Made by a program: the position numbers and the translations under genes
DNA from: Cyanophora paradoxa CCMP329
Taxonomy: Eukaryota; Plantae; Glaucophyta
Assembly: GCA_004431415.1 (NCBI GenBank)
Contig: QPMI01000031.1
Coordinates: forward strand, 1 to 64,000
Length of the DNA stretch: 64,000 nt
Reading direction: 5' to 3'
Shown here: one piece after another, positions 12,349-25,815 of the stretch
How the letters are laid out: every line of letters begins with the position of its first letter
How positions within the stretch are numbered: position 1 is the first letter of the stretch
The notes under the pieces: model-generated
Database searches by the model: none
Told to the model about the DNA's origin: nothing
The model's input: only the letters and a program-made list of their open reading frames with translations

Positions 12349-14715
12349 GCGCCCGCCCGCGCCCCTCTCGCACACGCATTGCATTCGAATTCGAACTCTT
12401 CTTGCATTCATATTGAGCTAGTTGAACGTTGGTTGCGACGGGGGTGGGTGGGCACTGGGCATGCGCAAGCGCCGCAAGGGACCGCCCTCTTCAGCTTGCA
12501 AGGACCAGCTAATTCGATCGCGAGCTCAAGCAATCGCTTCGCACGTGCACCGGCGGCTCACCTGACATCGGTTCGAACGGGTACGGGACCTCGAGGTCTT
12601 TTTTTCCATACCTGCCGCGGGGCTGGCAGTGTGAAAGGGGTGCGCGGGCAAGGGACCGCGCCGAGCTTGAAGCTGATTTGATCACGAGCATTCGCTTCGA
12701 AACTCGAATTCGCGGCTCTCACTGAGTCACCTGACGCCGGTTCGTACGTATACGGTACGAGGCCTCGACCACTGCTTCAGATTTCCCCGATTGCTTGCAA
12801 TTGGCTCCTCCTTGGCGGGGCGCGGGGCCTCGGACGAATGCGCGGGCGGGGGCTCGGGGCCGGGGGGTCGCTGGCCCCACGTGCACGGCGGCGGCGAGGG
12901 CGACGAGCCCGAGGCCCCCGAGGCCCCGCCCCGAGCCGCCCCCGCAGCCGCCCGGCGCCCCATGCAGCCCTCAAGGCGCAGCCCCCCCCCCCCCCCCCCC
13001 CCCTACCCCTCCCCATGGCCATTCCCCTAGGCCTGGCCTCCCCCGGCCCGCGGCCGAGGACCCCGCGCAGGAGCGCAGGAGCGGAGAGCGCGCGGCCTCC
13101 AAGGGCCTCATCAATTGCAATTGCAAGCAGCTCCTCACTGAGTCAGCACCATCATGCATGTGAGCGGCGCGCGCGCGCATCCGCCGCTGCATGGGGCGGG
13201 GCCCGGCCCGCGGGGGCGCCATCCCCAGCTAGCCTAGTAGATGGGCCGATCGCGCCCCCCGGCACCTTGGCCCAGTGGCGTTCGGCACCTTGGCCCAGTG
13301 GCGGACCGGATCGGAGCCCGGGCTGCCGGAGCCTAGCCCTACCGGTAGTAGCTGCCGCCGGCCGCGCTCAGCGGCTCAGCGGGCTGCCGGGCCAGTGGCA
13401 CCAGCTGCAGTGCCGGGCACTGCCGGCAGCCCTGGCCTCGAGCTCCCGGAGTCCTCGCCGTCCCGGGTCCGACGGTCACCGACTCACTAAGTCACACCGA
13501 GTGACACCGACTCGGCGTCGAGTCGGCGAGTCCGACGGTCGCCGAGTCGATCGCGACCGTCGGACGGACGTCGACCGTCGGACGTCGACCGCGCGCGAGG
13601 GAGTCGACGTCGGGGATTGCTAGTGCCGCCTATAACGTGACTTATTACCGTCCATATCGATACTGTAGGATTGCTTTTTTAGCCGATGTTTTAAATTGCC
13701 GTATATTGCCGAGAGGCCGAATTCGGCAATTTTCAAGTTTAAGCCACGCGTACGGCAATTCTCAGGGGGATGACCGATTTTGTATGGCGCCATAGAAGAA
13801 ATCCAGAGTTTCGGCAATTTATAGCCACGGCAATTCCGGTTTTGGTCGAATTCGGCAAGCGCGGCAATTTCATATGCCGGAGTCTCTTCATATGTATGCA
13901 TATGCGCGCAACGTTAACTTGGCAAGCCCGATTGAATTCGAAGCCCATCTGGCACCTCCAGCTCTCTGCACTGAGTCTGCAGCTGCAGTGCAGCAGCAGT
14001 GCAGCTGTCTGCTGCTAGTAGCCTGCTACTAGTATACGTACGTATACTAGTATACGTAGCTGGCTCAGCCTGGCTGCTGGCCCGGAGGCCCCGGACCAGT
14101 GGCCCCTACTGGCCCAGTGGCCCCCTAGTAGTGGCCCCCTACTAGGCTAAACTATGATAGTACTGTAGGCCTAGGGCGCTCGCCCGGGAACCGGCCGGCG
14201 CCGGCGCCCGGCCCCGGCCGGGTCGCCCCAAATTAAAACACTGTGACACATTAACCATTAATCTAAATATCACATGCATCGTCCAGTATTTTCCTGTTCT
14301 GAACGGTATCGAATCCCGCCGGGCCCGAGCACTTCCGAAGTTCGTCTGGCTTCAAATCCACGTGGTTCCGAATTAGAAAGCAAACTTAGGAAAAAATACC
14401 ATTAATGAGTGATAGCAATGATGGTAAAGCTGTCGAGGCTGCAATGACTCCAATGAGTGCCATTAATTTGTGACATCACATGAATCCATGATGGGGCCGA
14501 ATTTTAATTATTATTTAGTTTTTTAAAAGAACAAAAAGCCATTGAAAAGGGCATGGGCCCAAAACTTGAAAGCGGCCACGAGTGGGCCGTTTGATAGGTA
14601 CGCGAGTCAAGCTCAAGCTGCTCAACCGGGACAGTCCGACCGTCGGTCCGGAGTCCGGAGTCCGGACTCCGGCATCGGACGGTCAACGCGAGTTACGCGA
14701 CTCGCGAGTCGCGAT

Positions 14716-15206
14716 TAGGGCTGGGTTCAGTGGAGCCCCCGGGTCCACTCAGTCAGTGGACATTTTGCGTCAAACTCACTCAGTGACTACCAGTGAGTGG
14801 GGGGTACGTGCTCTTTTACACGAAAAACGACCAAAAACGACCTAAATCTCGCTGAGCTTCAAGGCACTACGTGCCTAAACTGTTTCCACCGTAATTCCAC
14901 GGGCTTTCGATATGTTTAGAGGTCATTTGCAACGCAGGCCATTGTCATAATTGCAGTGCTTCTCGACGTTGCACGCCCTTCGCGCCGCGGCCTGCGGCAC
15001 TCCGACGTTAAGTACCCCCACGACGTTCCACCTAAATAGCTAGGTGGCGGATGGGTCCTAATTTTTTGGCGCCGGATACCCCCCCACGCAGCGCTGGCTG
15101 AGGTCCGGCTCACTGGCCTCATACATTTTTCTTTGTGCGAGTGGGCCAAAATCTCCACTGACCCTCGACCCTCGACCCTCCACTGGTTTCACTGGACCCA
15201 GCCCTA
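14716..15206. mobile_element. Non-autonomous hAT-type MITE (491 bp)
   Basis: TIR TAGGGCTGGGT[T/C]CAGTG at both ends. Perfect 8-bp target-site duplication GTCGCGAT at 14708-14715 and 15207-15214. Confidence 0.9.
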
Positions 15207-15429
15207 GTCGCGATCGGCGACGAGTCGGCGTCGACGCCGTCGAGACGGTCGAGTCGGCGAATCCCCGCGGATCCCGATTCCCGAGTCCGATGATCGGATA
15301 CGTATACGGTATACCGCCCGCGGCCGGGCCGGTAGTACCCGGTACTACGTTAACGTTATCGATCACTGTGACTCTAGTCTCAGAGTCTGCAGCTGTGAGA
15401 CAGTGTGAGTCCGACGGTCTGTGTGACTA

Positions 15430-15766
15430 CTGTAAGTCGGGAAATATTTAGTATACTGGATCTTTATAGTACCAAAGTTTTGAGGCCTGACTACTAAAGT
15501 TTTATCGTATACTAAACCGAGGTGCGAGGGGGGGTACGTAGCCCGCGCGCGCAGCCAAAGTTGAAGGGCGGGAGAAGCTAGCTATAGTGCGAGGGGGCTT
15601 CCGGACTCTCCAACAGATGAAGACCCCCTGGCGCGCCCACCCCCTTTCAAAGGCCGCTACTAAAGCGCTCCGCGCGGCCATCTCTTAATTATTTTCAGCC
15701 TAATAAACCGACCAAACCCCGGGATTACTAATTATATTGGGGTCTTAAATATTACCCGATTTACAG
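15430..15766. mobile_element. Non-autonomous Tc1/mariner/pogo-type MITE (337 bp)
   Basis: 21-bp TIR CTGTAA[G/A]TCGGG[A/T]AATATTTA (19/21 match), flanked by TA at 15428-15429 and 15767-15768. Confidence 0.85.
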
Positions 15767-16195
15767 TACTACACTGACTAGTCACCGTGGCACTATCATA
15801 GTATCTATCTCTCACACTGTCACAGTGTGACAGTCCGACCGTCGAACAGATCATCGGATCTACTACCGGTAGGCTGCGGTAGCTATAGGCTACCCCCGGT
15901 ACTACGCCGTGACGGTAGCCAGATCTAGACTCACAGCTGCTGCGCTGCTGATCATGAGCCGCTGAGCCTCAGGGCCTGCGCATGCAGCTGCAGTGATCGC
16001 AGATTCGCAGGATTCGCAACCCCACCATCCAGGCATCCAGCTCTTGGGGGGCTCGAGGGGCGCGCTGCGCTGCGGCAGCTGCGGGCGAGCGCGGTGACGT
16101 CGACGGCGAGCGACTCGCCGAGTCGGCGAGGCCCGCGCTGGCCCTACCGTAAGTAGTACGGATCGAAAGCAGCCGCAGCAACGTAGGCGTCCAAG

Positions 16196-19100
16196 ATGCA
16201 TTTAGATGCTTGTGCGGCACTGAACTCCAGCTTCCGTGCATCGGCGCAATCAGCGTCGTCCAGTTCCCTCGCGATCGATCGCGAGCCCTGTAGCTTCAGA
16301 AGCGCAAGGCAAGTCAGCGGCCGGACCGTACGGCAGCCGGAGCTGGCGGCGGCGCTGCCGTTCGTGCCAGCATCGCTGCTGGCTCGGAGCCTTCCCGTGC
16401 TGGAAGAGCTGCAGCAGGGCGCCCGCTACGCCATCGCGTCGGAGTGCGGCGCAGCCCTCTTCGTTGACGTCGCCGGCTTCTCGCAGCTCGCCCGCTCCTT
16501 CGCCCGCACCGACGCCTCCCATGGCGCCGAAAAGGCCCGCCGCTCCCCGACCCGCCGCGCGCCCGGCCGCCGGGCCCGCGGCCCGCCTCGAGCTCGAGCC
16601 TCGAACCCCTTTCGGAATTTCGCTGACCGAGTCCCGTATACGTAGCTGTCAACGCAGTTGAATCACTTCCTACAACAGCTGATTTCGCGGCTGCACGCGC
16701 GCGGGGCGGAGGTGCTGCTCTTCCTGGGGGACGCGCTGGTGGCGTTCGTGCCGGCTACAGGGCCGTTGGCGCTGCGTGACGCGGCGCGACTTGCCGTCGA
16801 GGCGGCCATCGATATCCGTAGCATCGCCTTCGAGCGCAATGGCGTCGCCCTCCGCTCCCACACCGGCTGCGGTCCGCCCCGCCCCGGCCGCCCCGCACGC
16901 GTCGCCCTAGCCTGCGCCGCCCCGCGCGGCGCGCTCCCTAGGCCGAGGCCTGCCACGGCCACCGATCGCGACGCGCGCGCAGGGGCGGGCGAGCTGCAGA
17001 CGTACCTTGTGCGGGCGGGCGAGCGGGCGGGGCAGCTGCTCTTCGCGGGCGACCTCATTGCCCAGGCCTGCCGCCCTGTCGGCCGCCGCGCCCCGGGCTT
17101 TGAACCGTCCTCATTGTGAGCGGCGGGCAGGTGACGGCGGCGCAGCGGGCGAGCAAGGACGAGGAGATTATCGTGTCGTCGGAGCTGTTCGCCCTCCTGG
17201 AGGGGTACAACGCCGAGCGAATTTCGCCCGTAGCCGGCCGTTCCCTCTACAACCTCTCCATCCCGCGCTCCAGGCCGCCCCGCCAGGACTCTTTCCCCTT
17301 GGAATTCCAAGCCACCGGGGCTCCAGGCGTGTGCGGCTGCGGGGCGCCGCTGCGCGCGTCGGCGAAGGCCGAAGCGGCCGCCCTCATCCCCTTCGCTGCC
17401 GAGGTGGCGCCCTTCGTGCCTGGTACCGCCCGCCCCGCGAATCTGCATTTCATTTCCCTTTCACATGAATTCGAATGCAGCCGACGCCATCGGGAGGACT
17501 AAAGAAGCGAGTCTTTTGAGTGATGATATCCGCCGAATCGTCGTTCTCTTCGGTTCGAATTCACATTTGGCTGCCGCAGCGCTTCTAGATCTGTCCGCAT
17601 ATGCGCATTTAAATTAAACTCTCTTGCAGCATCGTTTCCGGAGCTGGATCTTGCCAAGAGCGATGGAAAGCGGAGTGACGGCGCCACGCAGCACGCCGCA
17701 CGCTTCGCGCAGGTGGTTCGGTCGGTGCACCGCGCGACAGCAGAGTACGAGGGCAGCGTCAACAAGATCATCATGTGCGCGCAAATTCCGGTACTCGTGC
17801 TTATCCATAACTAATGCTTCAGCATGCGCAGCGATGAGAAAGGGGCGAGTGCTCTAATTTCGTTCGGTGTCAGCCAATTTAGCCACGAGGACAATGACGG
17901 TGTGGCACTTCGAATTCCGAATCATGATCATGACCAGCTGGCCGCTTTGTTTCACTCACACCGGTGCCACCGCCGCAGAGCGGGCGGTGTTGCTGGCGCT
18001 GACGCTTCAGGAGTGGTTCGCGACCTCGTCTGCGCCCTTCGCTTGCGGCGTGCGCGCCTTCTCTGCCCGCCGCTTTCGCCGCCGCTTTGGCGCAGACCGC
18101 GGCTGGCGCAGGTGGCGGCGGGGCGCTCGTTCTGTGGGAGCCTGGGCGCCCCGTGCAGGAAGGAATACGCTGTCATTGGCGACTGCGTGGTCGGCCCCCC
18201 CCCCTCCCCCCCCCCGGCCCTCCCCCACCACCGCCTGTTCCCATTGCACACTCTCTGAATCGCCGTAGATCGTCGCTGCGCGCCTCATGGGCGCTGCGCG
18301 CGAAGCGATTTGCGAACCTGCGATGGAAGATGGTCCAGGTCTAGGGCTGGCTTCGCTCGGTGTCGGCCCCTTCCATGGCCAGCAGCGCATCTTCTGCGAC
18401 AGCAGCGTGGTCGATGCGATCGTCAACCGCGGCAGGCAGACGGTGCGTACGCGTACCACGGCACATAGCTGTAGTGTAGTCCAGAATGTCGTCTAATAGA
18501 TCGCAGGGACTGTTGTTTGAGGACCTTCCGTCTGTGTGGCCAAAGGGATCTCAGGATTCACTGCAAGCGTACCGCCCAAGTCGCAGCGACCAACACTTTT
18601 CGCGCAAGTCTTACCAGTGAGCGTGATTCAATGTTGAAGTTCATTCCACCGCACTTCGAATTCATTGTCAGATGCGTTGTGCAGGCAATTGCAAGCTGTA
18701 CATGTTCCCTCGTACCGCGGCCGATCGCGATCGCGAGCCGGTTCTCACGTCTCAGACGGCCGCGGGCCAGGCACGGCTAGGGCGCGTCTCTATTTCATTC
18801 TGCTTCTCTTGGTATAGTTATTCGGGTGTTGGCTTATCTAAAGATGACAGAATCCAAAGATAGGAGCACTGTCGACGTTCGAGGCCAGCATGCACACAGA
18901 ACTGCTAGTGCTCCCGACTGGCGTCCAAAAAGCGAATGACGTGTGTTTCGGGCGGTGCGCCTTCCGCGCGCGCGTGCGCAGGTTGGCTTTCATGATGACG
19001 CACGAGTCGTCTTATATGTGTCGCAGAGAGGAGGAGCTGAAGCAAGCGCTGGCGGCCGTCGAGCGGCTCTGCACCGACGGCAAGGGCTCGACGGTGGCCA

Positions 19101-22100
19101 TCGAGGGACCGGCCGGTGCCTAGCGCCCTCTCGTCGACGGATCTCAATGGGACGACGAGCGTCTTTGCAGGCTACGGCAAGTCGCGGCTGCTGCAGGAGG
19201 TAACGTGGGAGTGCAGTGCCCGGGGTATCCGCCTCCTCCGCACCGCCGCAGCCGCCGTCGAGGCCCGTCCCGTGCGCCATCACCCATCGCGCTCGACTGA
19301 AGCCGTGCAGGAGTCGACGCCGTTGTGGGGCTTGCGCGGACTCCTCGCGTCCATTGCGGATGTGTCGAGCGAAGAGGCACTGTGGAAAGACCTGAAGGGC
19401 CTCATCAGCGCCGGTGACGCGAAGCTGCTCTGGGACTGCCTCTTCGGCGCTTTCGGTGCCGCCCCGTCGACGTCTCCCCTCCGATTGGCGAGCCGAATCT
19501 GCAGCTGACCCATGATGCGCACCGCGTATGTATCAGAAATCAGTGCGGCGCCGGCGGATCCGGAAGAAGCGGCTGCTGGAGCGTTGTCCGCTAATAGCCG
19601 TCGGGACTCGTATTACAGCAAGACATCGCAACGTTTTGCGGGATCCGGCCGCGGAAGCCTTCAGCTTGGCCCCCTTGGTTTGTTTGGGGCAGGAATGATC
19701 GCGCGCGTGTCAAATGCGTTTACCCGGTGCGTATACGGGCCGCTTTAAATCTGAAGAATTTCCATCCCGTGGCCTCTGGCGTCCAAATATTTTTCCGTCT
19801 CTAATAATGCCTTTTGTGTTCAGGCTTGTCCTAGCTCTGGGAAAAACTGGTGATCATGAAGCCTGTGGCGGTAGCGCCACTTCTGCAGCTGGATCCGACG
19901 TTACGCGTGTTGCTGTCGTCATCGAGGTTTGCACTTGGTGATCTATAGCATGCGCAGCGGCTGTACATGTACATGTATATTCCTCTGACTGTCTACCTTG
20001 CAGGATGCCCACTGGTTTGCATATCAGCCGCGATCTCGATCCCGCTGATCTCTCACATGTACGGACCGCGCCGTGCCCGCAGGCTGGACAGCGCCAGCTG
20101 GTTCGTGGTGCGTTGCGTGCGCGACGCCGTCCAATCGGTGCTGCTCGTCATCGCGTCGCGGCCGATGCCGGCGGCCTCTGCGCCGCGCGACTACCTCATC
20201 CTCTCGGGGCAGGCGCGTGCACGTGCTGCATCCCACGCGCCTCCAACGCCCCATCGCTCACCATGGCCACATCGCGCTTGCAGCTGGAGGACACAGCCGT
20301 CCATCTCGCTGGGGGCTTGCATTCGACTCCCGAAAAGATTATAATTAAGTCGCCCAGTGGCGAAGGAGAGCCGAAAGCGCCGGAGCTCTCCAAGGCTGAC
20401 GACAACGATATCGATGCCAATCGCAAGCAGCTGCAGCCCGACGTGGTTGCGAAGACCGTCTTCGAGGCTTTGGCTGAGCGCGAGCTCGAGGGCGGCTTTA
20501 GATCTATATCTCAGGATCAGCTGGCAGCCGCAGCTTCGCCCAATACCAACGACATCATTCTGCCGCCCCTGCGCCACCCCGTGCAGGTGCATACAGAGGT
20601 TGCCCGCGACTGCGTTCTCTTGCCTCACGCGCCGGGTCAGGTGGCGCTCATCCGTCTTGGCCCTCTTCCACCCGCCGCCGCCCGCGCCCTCTTCCTCGTG
20701 CGCCGCTCCTGCTTTGCATGCGGGAAACGTAATAACTGAGAGCTCCCGTGCAGAGCCTCGCAAAGCGCATGACCGTCCAGCTGCCGCTGGTGCGCATGCG
20801 CTTTGTCGCTAGCTAAAGCGTGGGCATCTCTGCGCGCGCACGCACCTGATGGTGTCCGGATATGCATCGCTAGGCGGCGTCGGAGGCTGTCCTCACAAAG
20901 GCTGCTGGCGTGCCTCTCTTCCTTGTCGAGCTATGCCGCCACTCGCGCCCCGACTCCGGCGAGTTTGTTGTTCCGGACAGCATTCAGGTCCGCATTGTTC
21001 AAACTTGCTGCCTAGAGCTATTCCTGCTTTCGGAAGACGCTAAGGTGTGCACAAACGTTAACGTAGCAAATCGTGCTGGCGCGCACGGATCGGCTGCCGG
21101 CCTATGCGCAAACAATCCTCAAAGTGGTTGCGACGATCGGTTCGGACTTCACTGTCGAGGGCGCGTGGTCCGTGACGGGCGGCTCGAGCAGCCCAGCACG
21201 TGTTCGGCAATGTTTCCGCTCCCTGCGAAGCGCCGGCCTCATCGTGGCGAGCTCTATTTCGCTCTATCAGGCTTGGCATTAATATTTCGATTCGTGCTCA
21301 TTTTCGCAACAGGAGCAAGAAGGCGGACCGGCGGCGCCCAAAGGTATTAGAGAAGAGGAAAATTCCGAAGAGGCCGGCGCGAGCGGGGCTGAAGAGGAGA
21401 ACGAGGAATCAGAGATGGATTCTTGGCCGCCGCTAGATCTGCCCTTTAACTTTCTGCATGCCCTCACCAGAGTGCGCCATCTTTTTAAAGTTCCTGTTGT
21501 AATCGTGCCATGACAGAGCTAATCAAGCGGCGGTAGGACGCCGTCTACAACGCAATGCTGACAGCGCAGCGAAGGGAGCTGCACTTGGCCGCGGGTCGCT
21601 GGCTGGAGATGCGCTCCAAGGGCGACGGGCACGACCTGGCTGCTCTCACGTGCGTTGCTCTCCCAGCCGTGGGCGCAGCTGCAGCTGCAGCTGTCGGCTG
21701 ATCACGGACCGTGTTGTATAATTAGGATGCACTACCGGCTCGGCGGGCTGCCTGAAAAGGCGCTGAAGTACCTCGCGCGCGCGGCCGAGCACGCGATGTC
21801 CACCAACGCTCTCGCCGAGGCCGGTGCACTCACTCTGCTCTGCCATGCAATCGGCGATGTCGATTCGCAGAGTCGCGATTGCTCACACTGTTATATTACG
21901 TATTCGGCAGCGCGGCTGAACGCGGAGGTGATATCCGCCATCGACGAGCTCGGCCTGGCCGGGCCGGACGTGCCGCCAGTGCCGCGGGCGGCCAAAGCCG
22001 AGTCCGACGAGGCTCCTCCGTCCGCCCGCCGACCCGGCGATCCCGTCGCATCACCGACGAGCCCAGACAAGCACGCGGCGTGGGCAATCGCGCGCGGCTG

Positions 22101-24276
22101 TGCGCTTCGTAGCTGGGCGATGGTTCGGTACTACGAGGGGCACTTCCGCGTCGCCTTTGAGCTGGCCGTGCGTGTTGCGCCGCCTCGAGCTTTAGTTGTA
22201 GTCTCTTATATTATAATTATTATTTGAACTTGCTTCAACGTTCGTTCAGGCTGCAAGTCTCGCAACGCTCGGCGAGCCCCTGCCAGAACACGGCGACTCG
22301 GTATTTGTCCTTGCACGCATCGTACTTCGCATTATCCGGCTCAGCGCGAATGTCGACGGAAAATTCAGCCGCGCGTCCGCAACGATTGCGCCGCCGCCCA
22401 CTAGCCCGATCGCGACGTCGACGCTCCGCTGCCGCCGCGAGGCGATCTTTGACTCGAGCCTCGTCGTCCTCTGGTGCGTTCTTCTGAGCTAACATTGCCT
22501 CCTTTGCCCGATCGTCGCGGCTTGCAATCGCCAGGTCGCTTGTGCGCGCTGGCGGCGATCGGTCGCGAAAGAGCATCGTTCTTGGGCTTTCCGCCATTTC
22601 TCGCGGTGAGCGCCGAGATTCTCCGTATCCTGATCCGCCCGGCCACTTTGTCAGCCGACATTCCCTACCTGCGTACCAGCATACGAGATCAGCCGCGACA
22701 CGCCCGACGCGCTCCTTGGCGTCGACGACGTCCGGGTTCGCGGCAACTTCGCCTCGGTGGTCGACGCGGTGGGAAGCGCGGCGCGCGGGCGGGCGATGCT
22801 CGTGCGCGCGGAGGCGCTCGGCGACCGCCTCAAGGTCGGCGTCGACGAAATCGCGAAGGCATCCCTCTGCAACCAACGCGGGATGCAACTGTGCAGGGAG
22901 GGCCGGTTCGCACACTTAAATCGTCTCTTTGCGAATGCGCTTTTGTTCACAGATGGGAGGATGTGCGCAGGTTCGAGGACGCGATTGACATCTGGAAGCA
23001 GGCGTTCTTTCTCATAGGCAACCACCCGAGCTCGCGATCGCTGGTCAACCGCGTGTCCTATGCCCTCAACCTCCTCCTCACGGTCAGTCGTCGAGCGTCT
23101 GCTTCTTCCTTATCTGATGTGGCGCAGGGGAATTTTGCGGCGTCGGAGCGCGTCTGTGAGGAGGCAGCCGTCTTCAACTCGCGCCTCGGCCTGTCAGAGT
23201 CCTGTGCGGCTCTGGTTCTAAATATTCAGCTTCTCCTGCGGCTCTGAAATCGATTGTCCGTTCGCGGCAGTCATGAGCGCCTGTTTCGCCCAGAAGTGCC
23301 TTTCAGCCATCCTTCAGGGTCGTTTAGAGGAGGCGGTCACCCTCCTCAAGCGGTCCCAGGAGGTGCGACTCCGCATGCGTCAGTCCCGGAATCGCTCGAG
23401 CAGAGCCTGAACTTCTGGCCATGTGCTCAACTTAGAACCTGCGGGAGGAGCGCATTGGAAGATACTGGCACTTGCAGTCAACCGGTCTCGCTGGCGCCGT
23501 GCGGGTTTTCTCAGAACCCACGGGTTCCATAGTCGCTTATAAATAGAGCCGGACAGGTACTCGCATGGCGCCTGGGCGACTCGGTCGCTGCGCTGCGATT
23601 CTTCGAACGCGCTGCAGAGCTCCAGGCAGAGGAAATGCGCACGGTCACGTGGAACGCCATCCGTGAGCTGCCCTTTCTCTTTGATTATGATCGGGTTCTT
23701 CGCATGATGTGCATGGCCACTGCAGTCTTGCCGATCCTTCTGTGCGAGTTTTCATTGTGGTGGCTGGCGCGGGCTCGCGCGGCAGCAAGAACCAACGGGC
23801 CTGTCGGCTTCTGGGCGCGCATCTTTGGCGGAAACGGCGCAACTGTGGGCATCTCCCATAATCTGTTGCGACTGAACGAGGGCCTTCCGCTTGAGCTTCT
23901 GGACGTCAAACGGGCGGAAGCGTTCGCGAAACGGGTGGCGCGGCTGCTCTCAGAGGCCCGCCGGCGCCGTCTTCCCGCGCTAGCACCCTTTGTCGACCTG
24001 GCGGCGGCGCACCTCGGCCGCCCCGCGCGCCGCCTCGCGCGGCTGCGGGCGGCGCGCGAGGGGCTTGCCCGCGCGGGCCTGCGGCCGTGGGAGGCGGCGG
24101 CGAGCCTGCAGCTCTCGTTATGGACGGATAACGGCGCGGAGGCGGCGGAGGCGGCGGCTTCGGCCGCCCGCATCGCCGGCGAGACGGGCCTCCGCATCCC
24201 GTCCGCCGCCACCGCGGTCGCGGGGGGAGACCCCTCGCGATCGTCGCCCGCCAACGTTGTATCGCTCTGGGTTTGA
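16196..24276 (+). CDS. Soluble adenylyl cyclase (ADCY10/sAC-like): two class III cyclase domains, P-loop NTPase and helical/TPR-like tail; multi-exon
   Basis: First cyclase domain ALFVDVAGFSQLA and LLFLGDALVAF. Second domain YEGSVNKII-DEKG and GRSFCGSLGAPCRKEYAVIGD-AARLM. Walker A VAIEGPAG|YGKSRLL. Later ARTDRLPAYAQTILKVVATIGSDF and KALKYLARAAEHA. Confidence 0.85.
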
Positions 24277-25815
24277 GCTGGACGGATTGCAATTGCCTCT
24301 TTACATATATATAGGCCACCATGTCTCCACAGCGGCACGCGCAACTTCTAGAATTTTTCGAATATATATATTCTTGAGAGATGAATAGCGCTGTGCCCCC
24401 TGGGCAGCCCCCGCAGTGCTGGTGTCTAGAGCCTGTGGTCGGTAATTCACCAAAAACAACATCTGTCCCAGTTTGTTTGATAATTTCTTTGAAGCTCATC
24501 CCCGGCCCCCTTTTCGACAAGTCGATGTGCTTTACGTGCGAATGAGTTGAAAGTAAAAAGCGCTGCTTGCAGCGGGTCACTTCGATACTCCCCCCCCCCC
24601 CCCCCCCCCCCCCCCATAGCCACCATTCTGCTTGCCACAGGTGCAGTGCTGAAGCTCAACCAAAATGGTATACGAATTATGGATCGAAGTCAATTAGCTC
24701 AACATGTGAGAAGTCAGACACTAGGGTGCCGGCGCCACGGGCGTGCTTTCATGCATCGCGACGCCGGCGCCCAAAGCGCTAGCGCTAGCTGCAGCTGCAG
24801 CTGGCTGCAGAGCGTGCACGTGCTCGCCCTCCGTCGCAACCGGGAGTGGGTGCACCGCGGCCGCCGCTGCTTCCGCTGCTGCCGACGAGCCGCCGCAGCA
24901 CCCGCAGCTGCAGGCCGTTGCGAGTCTTTGCCAAGGACTCTGGCCGGGCGCTTCGTCGAGCCCTTCCGACTTCGCCATAGGATTCAACTGCGGCCGGCTC
25001 TGCTTCAACGCCAATCTTCCGCGGTAGACGCCGTCCCCTCCTCTGTTCCCGAACAGCTTTGTCGACCCCCGAATCCAGTAAGTCTCTTCGCAGCCTGCGT
25101 TTCCAAGGTGAGCGTCGTCTCGCACATCCTTAAGATCTAATATTGCACCTTTCGTTTGAAGTTTCTTCGATGCCAGTACTGTCCGACGTCGACGGCCAGC
25201 AATTGCAAGACATCAGGTTAGAAGCGAGCACGTCGATACAACACAAACGCTAAAGGTTGTGATGCTATCTATAGCTTTTTTATTTGTATTAGATTGATTT
25301 CATCACTGTGTCAATTACCTGCAATTCCAGGCCCACGTGAGCGGTAGATTAAAGACGAGTCGCGAATCGATATCTGGTGCGCATTCGAAATTCAGCTCAG
25401 ATTCGATCTAGATAAAACCTAGTACGTGCACGCAAATTCAGCTAAACATTCACATTGACGCACTTCCACACTCCATTTGCTTGCTGTTGACGTCGGATCT
25501 GGATTCAAATTCGAAGACTTTGCTTGCGCGTGATCATGATTTTTCTGACAAGAGAGTCAAGGTGACTTTAATTTTGAATGTAATTATATCGTCTTCAATG
25601 TTATCGGCCCTCAGACCTGAGAGGTTTCTCCTTCTAGTTGTTGTGAGTTTAATTTTGACAGGACTTTGGCGGTCTTCAGATTGATTTGGACCCCAGGACC
25701 ACCAGAGTCCAAAATTGCACAGCTGGACACAATGACAGACGATCCATCTGCTCGAATCAAATTGCAATTTGAAGGAAAAACAAAATCAGAAACAATATAA
25801 GAGTATGTACGTATT

